The notes beneath the pieces are model-generated. The model was given only the letters and a program-made list of their open reading frames with translations, ran no database searches and was not told where the DNA came from. Below, in pieces: positions 1-12,830 of a stretch of 64,000 bases of DNA (the first letter of the stretch is position 1; each line of letters opens with the position of its first letter). Source of the stretch: Hypanus sabinus (Eukaryota); the NCBI RefSeq assembly GCF_030144855.1, contig NC_082706.1, positions 15,004,001-15,068,000 of the forward strand. Direction: 5' to 3'. The position numbers and the translations under genes were made by a program.

Positions 1-39
1 GTGTCCTTCGGATACTGAAGTCATGTGTGAGGACTGCAG

Positions 40-790
40 AGGGGTGAATGGTATACCCTATATTCAAGAAAAAAAAACAGTAAGATAAGCCCAACAAATA
101 TAGGTCAGTTGGTTTAACCTCAGTGATGGAAGAGCTTTCAGAAACATTGATCTGGGAGAGGATTAACAGATGACAGAAGAAATTGGATTAATTGAGGCAA
201 AACAGCATAGATTTGCAAAGGAGAATTTGTGTATGGCTATTTTAATAGAATATATTGATGAGGTAAATCAGACAATTTCAAAGTGTAGTATTTTGGTAAA
301 TTAATCTGGAGTAGGATTTGCACACTAAAGTGTAGGGGGCCTTGGAGAGTATGTTGTGAACAGAGAAACCAAGGGGGTACTAATTAATTTTTTCTTAAAA
401 GTGGTGACGTGGGTGAACAGGTGACAGAGAAGCCTGTTCAGAAACTTGCCTTGTTGGTGAAGGCTCTGAGAACAAAAGCTGGGACACCATGTTACAACTG
501 TACAAGACATGGAGGAGACCAGCCTTGGCGCAAGAATATTGGGGAGCTGTTCCTGTTGGCGCAACTGCCGAGGATTGGAAGTCAGATGGATACTTAAAAG
601 AAAAAGGGAAGAGGATTATAAGTGACATGAGGAAAATCTTTTCTAGAAAAGTGTGGTTGGAATCTGGAATGCACAGTGTGCAGACGTGAAAGAGGCAGAT
701 TCCATGGTGGCCTTCTCAAGGGAACTAGATCAAACAGAGAGGTTACATTTGCCAGGCCACTGAGAAGGAAGCAGGGTTGTTGAACTTGCA
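40..790 (+). mobile_element. Degenerate CR1 LINE ORF2 / 3' fragment
   Basis: Remnants of the CR1 RT motif NYRPVSLTSV (about 95-130); ORF 489-689 MLQLYKTWRRP resembles MLQLYKTLVRPHLEY; many stops and frameshifts. Confidence 0.7.
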
Positions 791-1109
791 AGTTGCTCTG
801 TTAGAGCACCAATTAAGAGTTTTATTAGTATTTACTGTTTTTATATATATAAACAGCAGGCATCTAATAGTTCAGTTATCAAGCTCCAAATGAGGTGTTG
901 GTGATTCCACCCGAACACCACCTCCCAAGGCAACTGCAGAAAAGTGCGAAACATCTCAGTGTAAGTGGCCACATTCTTGAGGAAAGTCTTTGTGTTGCAC
1001 ATTCGCTCCAAGACCGCGTGGGTTTCCTCCGGGTATAAACTCCACATAGCACTATAAGACAGAATTGTACCCAGTTCTCTGAAACTTTGTGGCAGTAGCA
1101 CTAACTGTT

Positions 1110-1530
1110 GTGTCACTTCAACCCTGCAGCAAAGACGACGGGACTGGACAACTTCCCATCTCCCGCACTGAAGGCCGGTGTTCCTGAACTAGCGATGTTT
1201 CAGCTCAAGCTGTTCCAGTACAGTCAGAGCAGCTGTATATTTACCGGGGTCATAAAAAGTTGCAGCGAAGTTCCCCGACGGCGGAAGACGCAGGAGTCTC
1301 GTCCCACATTGTGAGGTCCGATTACCTCCCCGGCGCAAGGTGGCCGACAGTTTAGGCTGTAGGTTGATGTTTAATGTCCGCAGCGCTGACGCGCTTTCCT
1401 ATTTGAGCCACTTGATCGAGACGTCTCGGCAGCTCGTGGCTGTGGACTCAGTTTTGGGGACAGCGGTTCGATGTTTAGCGTTCTGTGTGTTTTGTTCGCT
1501 TTTTGCTATTAGTGCGATTTGTTGTTCCGC
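1110..1530. promoter_or_regulatory. CpG-rich segment, possible promoter
   Basis: CpG density well above the CpG-depleted background; ETS-like CGGAAG near 1283; no gene assigned. Confidence 0.35.
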
Positions 1531-1626
1531 GCTTCGTTTGATGGTTATGTTGTGTGGGGCTTTTCTTGAAACAAGTTATATGGTGTTTCTTTGTTATGGC
1601 TGCCTGCAAGAAGACGAATCTCAAGG

Positions 1627-1728
1627 CTCTCTCTCTCTCTCTCACTCTCTCTCTCTCACTCTCTCACTCTCACTCTCTCACTCTCACTCTCTCACTCTCT
1701 CACTCTCTCTCACTCTCACTCACACACA
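1627..1728. repeat. (CT)n/(CTCA)n microsatellite
   Basis: Directly visible; source of the SLSL/THSH ORFs. Confidence 0.95.
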
Positions 1729-2332
1729 GGAACTCAGCAGATAGGCAGCATCTATGGGGTCAGGGCTGAGAAGAAAGGGGGAAGATGCCAGGATAAAAAG
1801 GTGTGGGGGTGAGGGGGAGGATGAGGATATTTGGAAGGTGATAGGTGAAGGCAGGTGTGTGGGAAAGATCAAGGACTGGAGAGAGAAGAGTGGACAGTAG
1901 CATATAGGGAAGGAGGAGGGGAAAATAATAGGCAGGTGAAAAGAACTGAAAGGACAGAGTAGGGAATAGAGGAAGGTGGGGGGAATTGATATTCATGCCA
2001 TGGGGTCGGAGGGTACCCAGATGAAATATACAGTGTTGCTCCTCCACCCTGTGAGTGGCCTCAGCTTGCACAAGAGGAGGCCCTGGATCGATTCGGCTGA
2101 ACAGGAATGGGAATACGAATTAAAACGTTTGTCCTCCAGGAAGACCCACTTGTGACAGACAGTGCAGAGGTGCTCAATGAAGCAGTCCCCAATTTATGAC
2201 GCGTCTCACCAGTTTAGAGGAGGCCATGTCGGGAGCACTGGACACAATAGATAACCCCAGCAGATTTGCACGTGAAGTGGTGCCTCACCTGGAAGGACCA
2301 TTTGGGGCCCTGAACAGAGGTGAGGGAGGAAG
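1722..2332 (-). mobile_element. Penelope-like retroelement 3' fragment (GIY-YIG C-terminal region plus terminal repeat)
   Basis: ORF 1760-2071 EATHRVEEQHCIFHLGTLRPHGMNI matches the Penelope endonuclease C-terminus; terminal GGAACTCAGCAG...GCAGCATCTATGG repeat. Confidence 0.75.
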
Positions 2333-5097
2333 TATACTGTATACATCGATAGTAAATGCACTTTGAACTTTTGTACTTCTTGCAATAGAGGCCTACACGT
2401 TATCGTATTTCATGTACTCGGACCCTATGTACGGCAACATTTTGCAATCTAACTCAATTTAAATAATTTTTCATATTTCTTTCCAAAGTGGCTTTGTAAA
2501 TCTCTCCCAAATCAAAGGAATTTTAGTATGCTTCAATAGTATTACTTTCTTAACCTGCCCTGCCAAACTCTGACTTCTGTTAGGGCATAATAGTGCAGTG
2601 AGAGTGGCTCCAGTGGCTTTGTTTTGTACTGTGTGTGAGATGTGGGACTTCTGGGATTCCTCCAGTCTCCCAGATAAACACATCAGCTCCAGATTAACCA
2701 AGCTGCAGCTCCTCAGAGAATGTGTTAAGGAACTGGAGCTGCAGCTCAATAACCTTCAGCTCATATGGGAGAATGGGGCAGTGATAAAATACAAGCTACA
2801 GGGAGGTAGTCATCCCTAGGTTGCAGGAGAAAGATAATTGGATAACTGTCAAGAGAAGGAAGAGAAATGCACAGTCAGTGCAGAGTACCCCTGTGGCCAT
2901 TCTCTTCAATAATAAGTACACAACTATTCAGTAGATACTGTTGAGGGTGATGACTTTCCAGGGGAAGCCACAGTGACCTGAGTCTGGTGCTGTGGCTCAG
3001 AAGAGAAGAGAGGTGAAGAGGACTTCAGTGATGATAGGAGATTCCAGAGTCAGAGGATCAGAGACAAAGTAGTTGGTAGAGATAACCAGATGGGATGTTG
3101 CCTCCCAGGTGCCAGGGTCAGGGATGTCTCAGATCGGGTCCACTGCATTTTGAAGAGCGGGGGGGGGGGGAGTAGCCAGAAGTCTTGGTACATGCTAGCA
3201 TCGTTGACAGAGGCAAAAAAGGTGAGGAGGTCCTGATATAGTGAGTTAGGCAGGAAACTAAAAAAAACAGAACCTCCAGAATAGTAATTTCCAGATTGCT
3301 GCCCATGCCATGCACCAGTGAGGGTAAGAATGGGATGATTTGGCAGGTGAATGCCTGGCTGAGGAACTGGTGCAGGGGGCAAGGGTTCAGATTTATGGAT
3401 CATTGGGATCTCTTCTGGGGAAGGTATATGACCTGTACAAAAGGGACTTGCAACTGAACCCGTGGTGGACGAATAATCTTGCGAGTTGTTTGGGAGCATT
3501 TTAACTAATTTGGCAGGGCGATGGGAACTAGAGTGATAGTACTGAGGATGAAGTAGTTGGTTTACAAACAGAGGCAGTGTGTATTGAGACTCCTAACTAG
3601 GAGAGCCTGATGATAGGGCAAAATTGCAGTTAACAGAATGAGTTGCAATGTAAAAGCAGACAAAATTGCAAAAAGGTGAATACAGAACTGAAGGTGTTAT
3701 ATCTGAATACATGCAGTATACCAAATAAGGTAGATTAACTTGTAGCACAGTTACAGGTTGACATGAATGATGTTGTGGGCATCACTGAATTGATGCTGAA
3801 AGAAAATTATAGCTGGAACCTTAATGTCCAAGGATACACATTGTATTGAAAGGACAGGCAGGTAGGCAGAAGGGGTCGCATGTTGGTAAGAAATAAAATC
3901 AAAACGTTAGAATGAGGGGACATAGGATCAGAAAGCGTAGAACCATTGTAGGTATAGTTAAGAAACTGCAAGGGTCAAAAGACCCTGATGGGAGATATAT
4001 CCAGACCCCCCCAAACAGTAGTAAGGATGTAGTCTACCAATTACAACAGAAGATAGCAAATGTGTGCCAAAAGGGCAATGTTACAATAGTCACGGGGCAT
4101 TTCAATATGCAGGTAGATTGTGAAAATCAGGTTGTTGCTGGATTTAAAGAAAGGGATTATGTAGAATATCCTCAGGATTGCTTTTTAAAGCAGCTCATAG
4201 TAGAGCCCACTAGAGGATCAGCTATTCTGGATTGGGTGTTGTGCAAAGAACCAGAATAGATTAAAGAGCTTAAGGTAAAGGAACCCTTAGGGGAAAGTGA
4301 TCATAATATGATCAAATTCCCCGTGAAATTTGAGAAGGAGAAGCTAAAGTCAGATGTATCAGCATTACAGTGATGTAAAGGGAATTATAAAAGCATGTGA
4401 GACGAGCTGGCCAAAATTGAATGGAAAAGAACATTAGTAAAAATGATAGCCGAGCTGCATGGGCTGGAATTTCTGGAAGTAATTCGGAAAGCACAGGAGG
4501 AAGGAGTATTCTAAAGTCAAGATGACATGACCATGGCAAACAAGAGAAGTGAAAGCCAACATAAAAGCAAAAGAGAAAAAATCAGTGTGAAGTTAGAGGA
4601 TTGGAAAACCTTTAAAAACCAACAGAAGGCAACTAGCAAAAGTCATTAAGAAGGAAACGATGGAACACACAGGTAAACTAGCCAATAATATTAAAGAGGA
4701 TGCCAGAAGTTTCTTCTGATACACAAAATGTAAAAGAGAGGTGAGAGTGGATATCAGACTGCTGGAAAACAATGCAGGAAAGGTAATAATTGGGGACAAA
4801 GAAACGGTAGACAAACTGAATAAGTATTTTGCATCAGTCTTCACTATGGAAGACACTAGCAGAATGCTGGAAGTTTGAGAGTGTCAGGGGACAGAAATGT
4901 GTGAAGTTGGAGAAGGTTCTTGGAAAACTGAAAGGTTTCAAGATAAATCACCTGGACCAAATGGTATACACCCTAAGGTCTTGAAAGAGGTGGCTGAAAA
5001 GATTGTGGAGGTATTAGTAATGACCTTTCAAGAGGCACATGATAAAATAGGCTGTAGTCATCGTGGTTTTGTAAAGGGAAAATCTTGCCTGACAAAG

Positions 5098-5748
5098 TGA
5101 AGAAGGTGGTGAAGAAGGCAAATGCAATGTTGGCATTCATTTCTAGAGGTACAGTACCGACTATAAGAGCAGGGATGTGATGTGGAGACACTCGTGAGAC
5201 CACTCTTAAAGTATTGTGTGAGTTGTGGGCTCCTTATTTTAGAAAGGATATGGTGACATTGGTGAGAGTTCAGAGAAGATTCACAAGAATGATTCCAGCA
5301 TTACCGTATGAGGAACATCTGGGAGCTCTTGGGCTGTATTCCCCGGAGTTCAGGAGAATGAGGAGGGATCTGCATGTCAAAAGGCCTGAACAGATTAGAT
5401 ATGGCAGAGTTACTTTCCATTGTAGGGGATTCTAGGACAAGAAGGCACAACTTCGGGATTGAAGGACGTTCATTTAGAACAGAGATGCGGAGAAATTACT
5501 TTTGTCAGAGGGTGTTAAATCTGTGGAATTTGTTGCCACAAGCATCTGTGGAGGCCAAGTCATTGGGGTGCATTTAAGGCAGAGATAGATAGGTTCTTGA
5601 TTAGCCAGGGCATCAAGGGGTATGGGGGGAAGGCAGGGAAGTAGGGATGACCGGAAGAATTGGATCAGCTCATGACTGAATGGTGGAGCAGACTCAATAG
5701 GCCGAATGGCATACTTCTGCTCCTATACCTTATGGTCTTGTGGTCTAA
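5098..5748 (+). mobile_element. 5'-truncated CR1 nested in the larger CR1
   Basis: Host RT breaks at GKSCLTK (about 5097) and resumes about 5750; insert has its own CR1 3' end. Confidence 0.75.
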
Positions 5749-6554
5749 AGCAGTTGGAATTCTTTGAAGGAATAGCAAGCAGGTTAGACAAAGGAGAATT
5801 TGTGGATGTTATGTTCTTGGATTTTCAGAAGGCCTGCTTAACAAGTTAAGAGCTCATGGTATTGCAGGAAAGATACTAGCATGGATAAAGCCATGGCTGA
5901 TTGGCAGTAGGCGAAGGGTGGTTGGCTGCTGGTGACTCATCTGTGTTAGGACCACTGCTTTATATGTTATATGTTAATTACTTGGATGACAGAATTGATG
6001 GCTTTGTGGCCAAGTTTAGGAGATAGGAAGGTAGTTTTGAGGAAGTTAACAGGTTGCTGAAGGATTGACAAATTAAGAGAATGGGCAAAGAAGTGGCAGA
6101 TGGAATACAGTGTCAGGAAGTGTATGGTCGTGAATTTTGGTAGAAGAAATGAAAGAGCAGATTATTTTCAAAATGGAGAGAAAATTCAAAATTCTAAGGT
6201 GCAAGGGGACTTGGGAGTTCTTGTGCAGGATTCCCCAAAGGTTAATTTGCAGATTGAGTCTGTGGTGAGGAAGGCAAATGCAATGTTAGCATTCATTTCG
6301 AGAGGACTAGAATATAAAAGCAAGGATGTAATGCTGAGGCTTTATAAAGTACTGGTGAGAACTCACTTAGAATATTGTTAGCAGTTTTAAGCCCATTATC
6401 TAAGAAAGGATGTGCTGACATTGGAGAGGTTTCAAAGGAGGTTCACAAAAATGATTCCAAGATTAAAGACTTGTCATATGAAGAGCATTTAATGGCTCTG
6501 GGCTTGTACTCACTGGAATTCAGAAGAATGAGGGATAACCTCATTGAAATCTTT

Positions 6555-6964
6555 ATTCTTTGGAGCATAGAAGGTTGAGGGGGGACTTTTAAATAGAGGT
6601 ATTTAAAATTATGAGGGGGATAGATAGAGTTGATGTGGATAGGCTTTTTCCATTGAGAGTAGGGGAGATTCATACAAGAGGACATGAGTTGAGAGTTAGG
6701 GGACAAAAGTTTAGGGGTAACACGAGAGGGAACTTATTTATTCAGAGAGTGGTAGCTGTGTGGAACGAGCTTCCAGTAGAAGTGGTAGAGGCAGGTTTGA
6801 TACTGTCATTTAAAGTAAAATTGGATAAGTATATGGACAGGAAAGGAATGGAGGGTTATGGACTGAGTGCAGATCGGTGGGACTAGGTGAGAGTAAGCGT
6901 TCGGCATGGACTAGAAGGGCTGAGATGGCCTGTTTCCGTGCTGTAATTGTTATATGGTTATATG
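6555..6964 (+). mobile_element. Second nested CR1 3' fragment (different subfamily)
   Basis: ORF 6611-6886 MRGIDRVDVDRLFP...WNELP; ends in a TTATATGG tail; host resumes about 6965. Confidence 0.75.
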
Positions 6965-7549
6965 AAAGGCATCGATAGAGTGGATGTGCAGAGGATGTTT
7001 TCTATGGTGGGGGACTAAGACCAGAGCCTCAGAATGAAGGGGCATCCTTTTAAAATGAAGATGAGGAGGAATTTCTTTAGCCAGAGAACGGCGAATCTCT
7101 GGAATTCGTTGCCTCGTGGCTGTGGAGACTGAGGCATTTGGCATATTTCAGGCAGAGGTTGGTAGATTCTTGATTAATTGGGGCAAGAAGGGACATGGAG
7201 AGAAGGCAAGAGATTGGGGCTGAGAGGGAAAATGAATCAGCCATGATGAAATGGCGGAGCAGACTCGATGGGCCAAATGGCCTAATTCTCCTATATCTTA
7301 AGGTCTTAAACCTAAACCTGACCCCAACCTCTCCAAACTGTCCCCTTGCTTGGATCCCTCTAAACATATGCAGTCTATTTTTAGAGGCTTTGTAATTGCA
7401 AAAACCTCTGCAATTTTGTAAACCCCTATTAGATCCCACCCCAATCTCCCCCACTTCAGGGAAACCATACCCAGCTTAGCTGACCTCTCCTCATTAGTGG
7501 AAACCCTTAGTCAAATGAATGGAAATCAAAACAACTTTAGATGTTGGTA

Positions 7550-7940
7550 ATAGAACAGAAAACATTACAGCACAATTCAGGCCCATTATGTTGTGCCAAC
7601 CTTTTAATCTCTCAGATCAATCTAACCCTTCCCCCCTACATAGTCCCCATTTTTCTATCAATCATCTGCTTAGCTAAGAGACTCTTAAATGTCTCTAACA
7701 TATCTACCTCTACCACCATACTTGGCTGCGCGTTCCACGCACCCACCACTCTCTGTGCAAAATCTTACCATTGACATCCCCCTATACTTTCAACAGTCAT
7801 CTTCAATTTTTGTCCTCTTGTATTAGCCATTTTTGCCATGGGAAAAAATATCTGGCTGTCCACTTGATCTATCCTCTCATCTTGTAGACCTCTACCATGT
7901 CATTTCTCATCCTCCTTTGCTCTAAACATAAAAACCTTAG
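7550..7940 (-). mobile_element. CR1 3' fragment
   Basis: Reverse-complement CR1 3' region (ccacgcacccaccactctctgtg...). Confidence 0.65.
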
Positions 7941-8143
7941 AAAGGATGTTGAAGGGTATGGAGAGAAGGCAGGAGAATAGGATAGAGAGGGATAATAAAT
8001 CAGCCATGATGGAATGGTAGAGCAGACTCAATGGGCCAAATGGCCTAATTCTGCTGGTATGTCTTATGTTCTTATGATCTAAATCTCCTCTACACCCTTT
8101 CTAAGCTGAAACAAAACCAGAAAATGCTGGGAACATTCTAAGG

Positions 8144-8213
8144 CAGGGGTTCCCAATTTTTTTTAATGCCATGGACCCCTACCATTAACTGAGGGGGTTC
8201 ATCTTGGACCCTG
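8144..8213. mobile_element. Tiny hAT-type MITE
   Basis: Termini CAGGGGTTCCCAA...GGACCCTG; 8-bp flanks TTCTAAGG / TTCTAAAG (putative TSD, 7/8). Confidence 0.6.
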
Positions 8214-9049
8214 TTCTAAAGGAAGGCATCATCTATAGAGGGAGAAACCAGAATTAGTGGTTCAGGTGAAGGGTGCAGCCTGAGTCTCTGTTGCAGCTTT
8301 GCCCTATTTTGTTTTTCTGCTTTGGTTCTCCAGGACTGCAAGAACTGGGTCCATGGCAATCTAGGACAGTGAGGACTGCCTCAGTCTAAGCCCAAACTAA
8401 CTACAAATCTGATCAGGAGTGTGACGTATCAGGAACCTCTGGAACCAATTAGCAGGAAAACATCCACTGACTCCAGAGCAAGAAAATCAAATCTACAAGA
8501 TTATATTCTACATGAAGTGTTTTTTTTTTGCCAGAAACATTATATCCTGCGCACGGACTGTTTGAACTGCTTCCGTCTGGTAGGCGCTTCAGATCCCTCC
8601 AGACTAAGACTAATAGGCACTGGAGAAGTTTTTTCTCTACTGTGGTCACTTTGCTGAACAGTTAACTGCCAGTTAACTGTTGGCTAACTATTACTTGGAT
8701 TGCACTACTTGTATGTATAATCTATATTTTCATTTATAATTATCATTATTATTGTTATGAGCAGAGAGACAACATCTGCCAGAAGTAAATTCCTTGTATG
8801 TGCACAGGTACTTGGCGATTAAAGTCTGATTCTGATGCTATACAACTATCTCGCTTCAGTACTATTTTGAGGCCCTTTGTATTGCCTGCACTCCAGATCG
8901 TTGCTGTCACTGAAAGTAATTAAGAGATCTGAGAAAACCTCCTGTTATTTCATTCTGCTTCCTTTCATCTTGGACCCATTGAGAGGTCTGGATGTGTATA
9001 TGAACCACCAAGGCAAAGAATATGGATCAAGTGCAAGCAAGTTAGATTA

Positions 9050-9960
9050 TTGAGATGTTTCCACTGGTGGGAGTAGGGGGCACAGCCTCTGAATGGAAGT
9101 AGGTCTCTTTAGAACAGAAATGAGGAAGAATTTCTTCAGCCAGAGGGCAGTGAATCTGTGCAATGTATTGCCACAGACAGCTGTGGGGGGCAAACCCTTT
9201 GGGTATATTTAAAGCAGAGGTTGATAGTTACTTAATTCTGAAGGTTACAGGGAGAAGGCAGAGCATGGGGTTGAGAAGGAAAATAAATCAGCCATGATGG
9301 AGTGGCTGGTGGAGCAGACGATGGGCTGAATAGCCTATGTCTTATGATAGGAAGGACATGGTGGGTCAAAGGCCAGTTTCTGTGCAGTATGACCGTGATC
9401 TACGTCATATGTGAATTTATTAAGAGGATGGTTAAAGCTGGAAGATGCAAGATCAATGTCATTCAACTAGAGAGGGTGCTAAAAAAGATCCGGAGATGTT
9501 TCCAGGACTGGAGGGCTTGGGTTACAAGGAGAGACTGGCCAGACCATGGCTCTTTGCCCTGGAACACTGGTGGCTGAGGGGTGGCCACGTATATGTTTAT
9601 TAAATCATGAACTGTTTAAATAGGGTGCAAATATGTTTAAAGTGGAGGGGGAAATTATTCCTCGTTTCTGTTCTAGAGTGACCTCCTTCAATCCTGAGGC
9701 TATGCCCCCTGGTCCCCCACACTCTCCCACAGGTGAGTCCAAAGCTAGAGGCATGGGTTTGAAGAGGGAGGGGAAAGATTTAAAAAGATTTAAATATGTG
9801 ATGAGCTGCCAGAGGAAGTGGTAGAGCCGGGTATAGTTACCGTATATGAAAAGGCATTTGGAGAATTGGATGATGGTAATGTACCAGATGGAGACGGATG
9901 GCACTAGCTACTTCAGGCAACTTGGTCAGCACACGTGAATTGGGTCAAAGGGCCCGTTTC
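9050..9960 (+). mobile_element. Cluster of degenerate CR1 3' fragments
   Basis: gaggaagaatttcttcagccagaggg...aaatcagccatgat CR1 3' signatures. Confidence 0.65.
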
Positions 9961-9986
9961 CTCGCTGTGCATCAGGATGTTGCAGC

Positions 9987-10038
9987 CAGCGCTTCCCAAC
10001 CTGGGATCTATGGTATAAAAAAGGTTGGGAACCCCCTG
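9987..10038. mobile_element. 52-bp hAT-type MITE
   Basis: TIRs CAGCGCTTCCCAACCT / AGGTTGGGAACCCCCTG; 8-bp flanks GTTGCAGC / GTTGCAGT. Confidence 0.7.
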
Positions 10039-10830
10039 GTTGCAGTTATCACTGATGGTTGATGGAGGCAATACTCTCACAGCTTTCAAATAATGAATAT
10101 GTCAGACGATGCAAAGCCTGACTGCTGGATAAAGAGTTGGGACGATGTGTACACTCTTTGTTAACGTGGCAAGATCGGGCTGAATTTTCCCAAGAACGTG
10201 GCAACGTAATACACGATGGGACGTTCGAAATCAACCTCTGCAGGGTAAACACAAAGGGTTCTTCTATCGCCCCTGCGAAGGTACAGTGGTATCCTGAGAA
10301 GGGTTCTTTAGGACGGGCGGTCAAGGCTGCCATTGCCCGAGATGTCTACATCTCGGCTAATAATCGAATCGAACACTAAGTGCGGAGTTCGCATGTTCAA
10401 CCCGCGGGGTTTCCTTCCACGTCCCAAATATAATCTGCTTGGCAGGTTCATCCTTTAGCTGTTGTAAGTTGCCCCTGAACGTAGGTGGGTGGGAGAATGG
10501 GGAGGGGGAAAGAGGAGGTTAAGCCGATGGGAGAAGCAATGGAGAATAAAGAGGATTCGCGTGGATGGGTGCTTGGTAGTCGGCGCGAACGTTTCCATGC
10601 TTCGTAACTAAAAAATATTTTACGCATAATTAATTGGTACTGTGAGCAGTGATTAGAGACAAGGTCTGCTTTATTGGGTACTAATAGCAACACGACAATA
10701 CTACAGATCAATAAAACCACCTTTTCGGAAAAGTGGCGTCCATGAGGGCGAAACGGGAATCATTTGAGAGCTGATTTGTTTCAGCAAGAACCTTAATTTG
10801 ATACAAAACGTATACGTACAGCAACGCTGG

Positions 10831-10872
10831 CATAGCTGTTTGAGACGTGGGTGGCTCTTAGAAGAGCCTTTG
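10831..10872 (-). terminator. Histone mRNA 3' stem-loop and downstream element of H2B
   Basis: Minus strand reads AAA GGCTCT TCTA AGAGCC ACCCA (stem-loop 10853-10868), then CAAACAGCTATG, an HDE-like U7 site. Confidence 0.93.
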
Positions 10873-10911
10873 TTTGTTAAGGTCTTTTTTTTTGCAGTAC
10901 GTTGTAGAGCT

Positions 10912-11286
<375 letters not shown>

Positions 11287-11337
11287 TTTAATTGCAGACA
11301 GTCTGAGACACAGCGCCTGACGTCGCCGTTCCCCCAC

Positions 11338-11475
11338 TTATATAGGTAGAGTCCTCCGTCATATGCTAATGAAGGATTAGTATATGTCATGATTCCGATT
11401 GGACTGTGGTGACATAATTCGTGTCGTGTCCCTCTGATTGGTGAAGTCATTGCAAAGCGTACGGAACCAATGGCA
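11338..11475 (-). promoter_or_regulatory. H2B promoter: TATA box, octamer-type H2B box, CCAAT boxes
   Basis: Minus-strand TATATAA about 11338-11344; CTTCATTAGCAT about 11363-11374 (octamer variant); CCAAT near 11398, 11437 and 11467. Confidence 0.85.
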
Positions 11476-11694
11476 AGTTTGCACACTGCATCCGTGAGAT
11501 CCTTGCCCGAGCGGAGGCTGCGATCGAACCTGTCTCGCCGCCGCTTTCCACGTCAAGGGACTGGATTCAGTGTAGCGGGCTCTCAACAACGATATGACGT
11601 GCGGTTCAAAAGCGGCCACACGAATGGCGCTTTGTGGATATTATGTCAAATAAGACGAGATTTGCTATGTCGCCGAAAACACTCGCAAATTTCT

Positions 11695-12192
11695 AAAGAT
11701 GTACCGTGGAGCGCTTTCTAAATGGCTGCATCCCCGTTTGGTATTGTGGGGCGCGGGGGGTGGGGAGGCTACTGAACGGGATCAAAATAAGCTGCAGGGA
11801 CTTAGCTCCGTCCTGGGCACTTACCTCCTCAACGTCCAGAATATTTTCAAGGAGCGATGCCTCAAAAAGATGGCACGGTCATTAAGGACCCCCATCAATC
11901 AGGACATGCCCTCTTCCACATTGCTAGCATCAGGAAGGAGGTACAGGACCCTACAGGCACGCACTCAACGATTCATTTACAGCTTCTTCCCTCTGCCATC
12001 CGTTTTCTGAATGGACACTGAACCCATAAACACTACCTCACTACTTGTTATTATTTTAAATTTTTAGCACGACTTATTTAATCATATATATACTGTAATT
12101 CACGCTTTTCTCTATTATGTATTGCATTGAGTGTTGCTGCAAAGACAACACATTTCGCAACATATGCTGGTGATAATAAATCTGATTCTGAT
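11695..12192 (+). mobile_element. Rex1/Babar-like LINE 3' fragment
   Basis: NKLQ...IFKERCLKK...LASGRRYRTL...SFFP C-terminal motif; tail aataaatctgattctga. Confidence 0.75.
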
Positions 12193-12209
12193 AATCTGCT
12201 AGAGCGGAC

Positions 12210-12400
12210 GCCAATGACTGCAGATGCTGGAATCTAGAGCGACATGCCAAATGCTGGAGCAACTCAGAAGAAACGACAGCATCTACGGTGGGACGAATGG
12301 TCCTGACCTGAAGACGGCTCCCGGCCCAAAACTCCAACTGTGTATTCATTTCCACGGATGCTTCCTGAGTTGCTGAGTTTCTCCAGCATTTTATGTGTGC
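12210..12400. repeat. Inverted pair of Penelope-derived terminal repeats
   Basis: aaatgctggagcaactcag ... ctgagtttctccagcatttt flanking a decayed hammerhead-like core. Confidence 0.65.
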
Positions 12401-12544
12401 ACCTATGGAAGAAAATGGACGGTCGATGACCTGGACGATGAAATAGAAATTCAATGGGTTAGGCAGCATCTGTGGCAGGATAGGAATTGTCAAAACCCTG
12501 TATTTCTTCCCACATCTGCAGCGTTGGTATATTACCAAATACAC

Positions 12545-12830
12545 TGATAGATTTCTTCAGTGGAGTGCATTCTGACTGGATGCATCACTATCCTGTGTGT
12601 GTGTGGGGGGGGGGGGGGGGTTCTACTGGACAGGATAAAAATAAGCTGCAGAGAGCTGTAAACTCAGTCAGCTCCATCATGGGCACTAGCCTCCCAGCAT
12701 CCGAGGCATCTTCAAGGAGCGATGCCTCAAAAAGGCAGCATCCATCATTATGGACCCCCATCAACCCAGGACATGCCCTCTTCTCATTGCTGCCATCAGG
12801 AAGGAGGTACAAGAGCCTGAAGGCACAAAT
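12545..12830 (+). mobile_element. Rex1/Babar-like LINE 3' fragment
   Basis: QDKNKLQRAVNSVSSIMGTSL...PGHALFSLLPSGRRYKSLKA. Confidence 0.75.

Larger units (their letters stand above)
2575..7305 (+). mobile_element. Near full-length decayed CR1 LINE (ORF1 zinc finger/leucine zipper plus SGNH esterase; ORF2 APE endonuclease plus RT) containing nested insertions
   Basis: CTVCEMW...LQLLRECVKELELQL (2598-2819); VIGDS and CCLPGARVRDV esterase (about 3028-3150); LKVLYLN endonuclease start (about 3688); KSPGPNGIHPKVLKEVA; [39 protein letters not shown]; CR1 3' tail. Confidence 0.9.

Noticed and set aside
1340-1812. ORFs rich in S/L/H/T
   Set aside because: Produced by the (CT)n microsatellite and flanking repeats
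11287-11337. 17-aa N-terminal extension of H2B in the ORF track
   Set aside because: It uses a non-ATG start adjacent to the TATA box; the real start is the ATG at 11286
11470-11721. Divergent H2A partner
   Set aside because: No SGRGK or AGLQFPVGR-type motif recognisable in any frame
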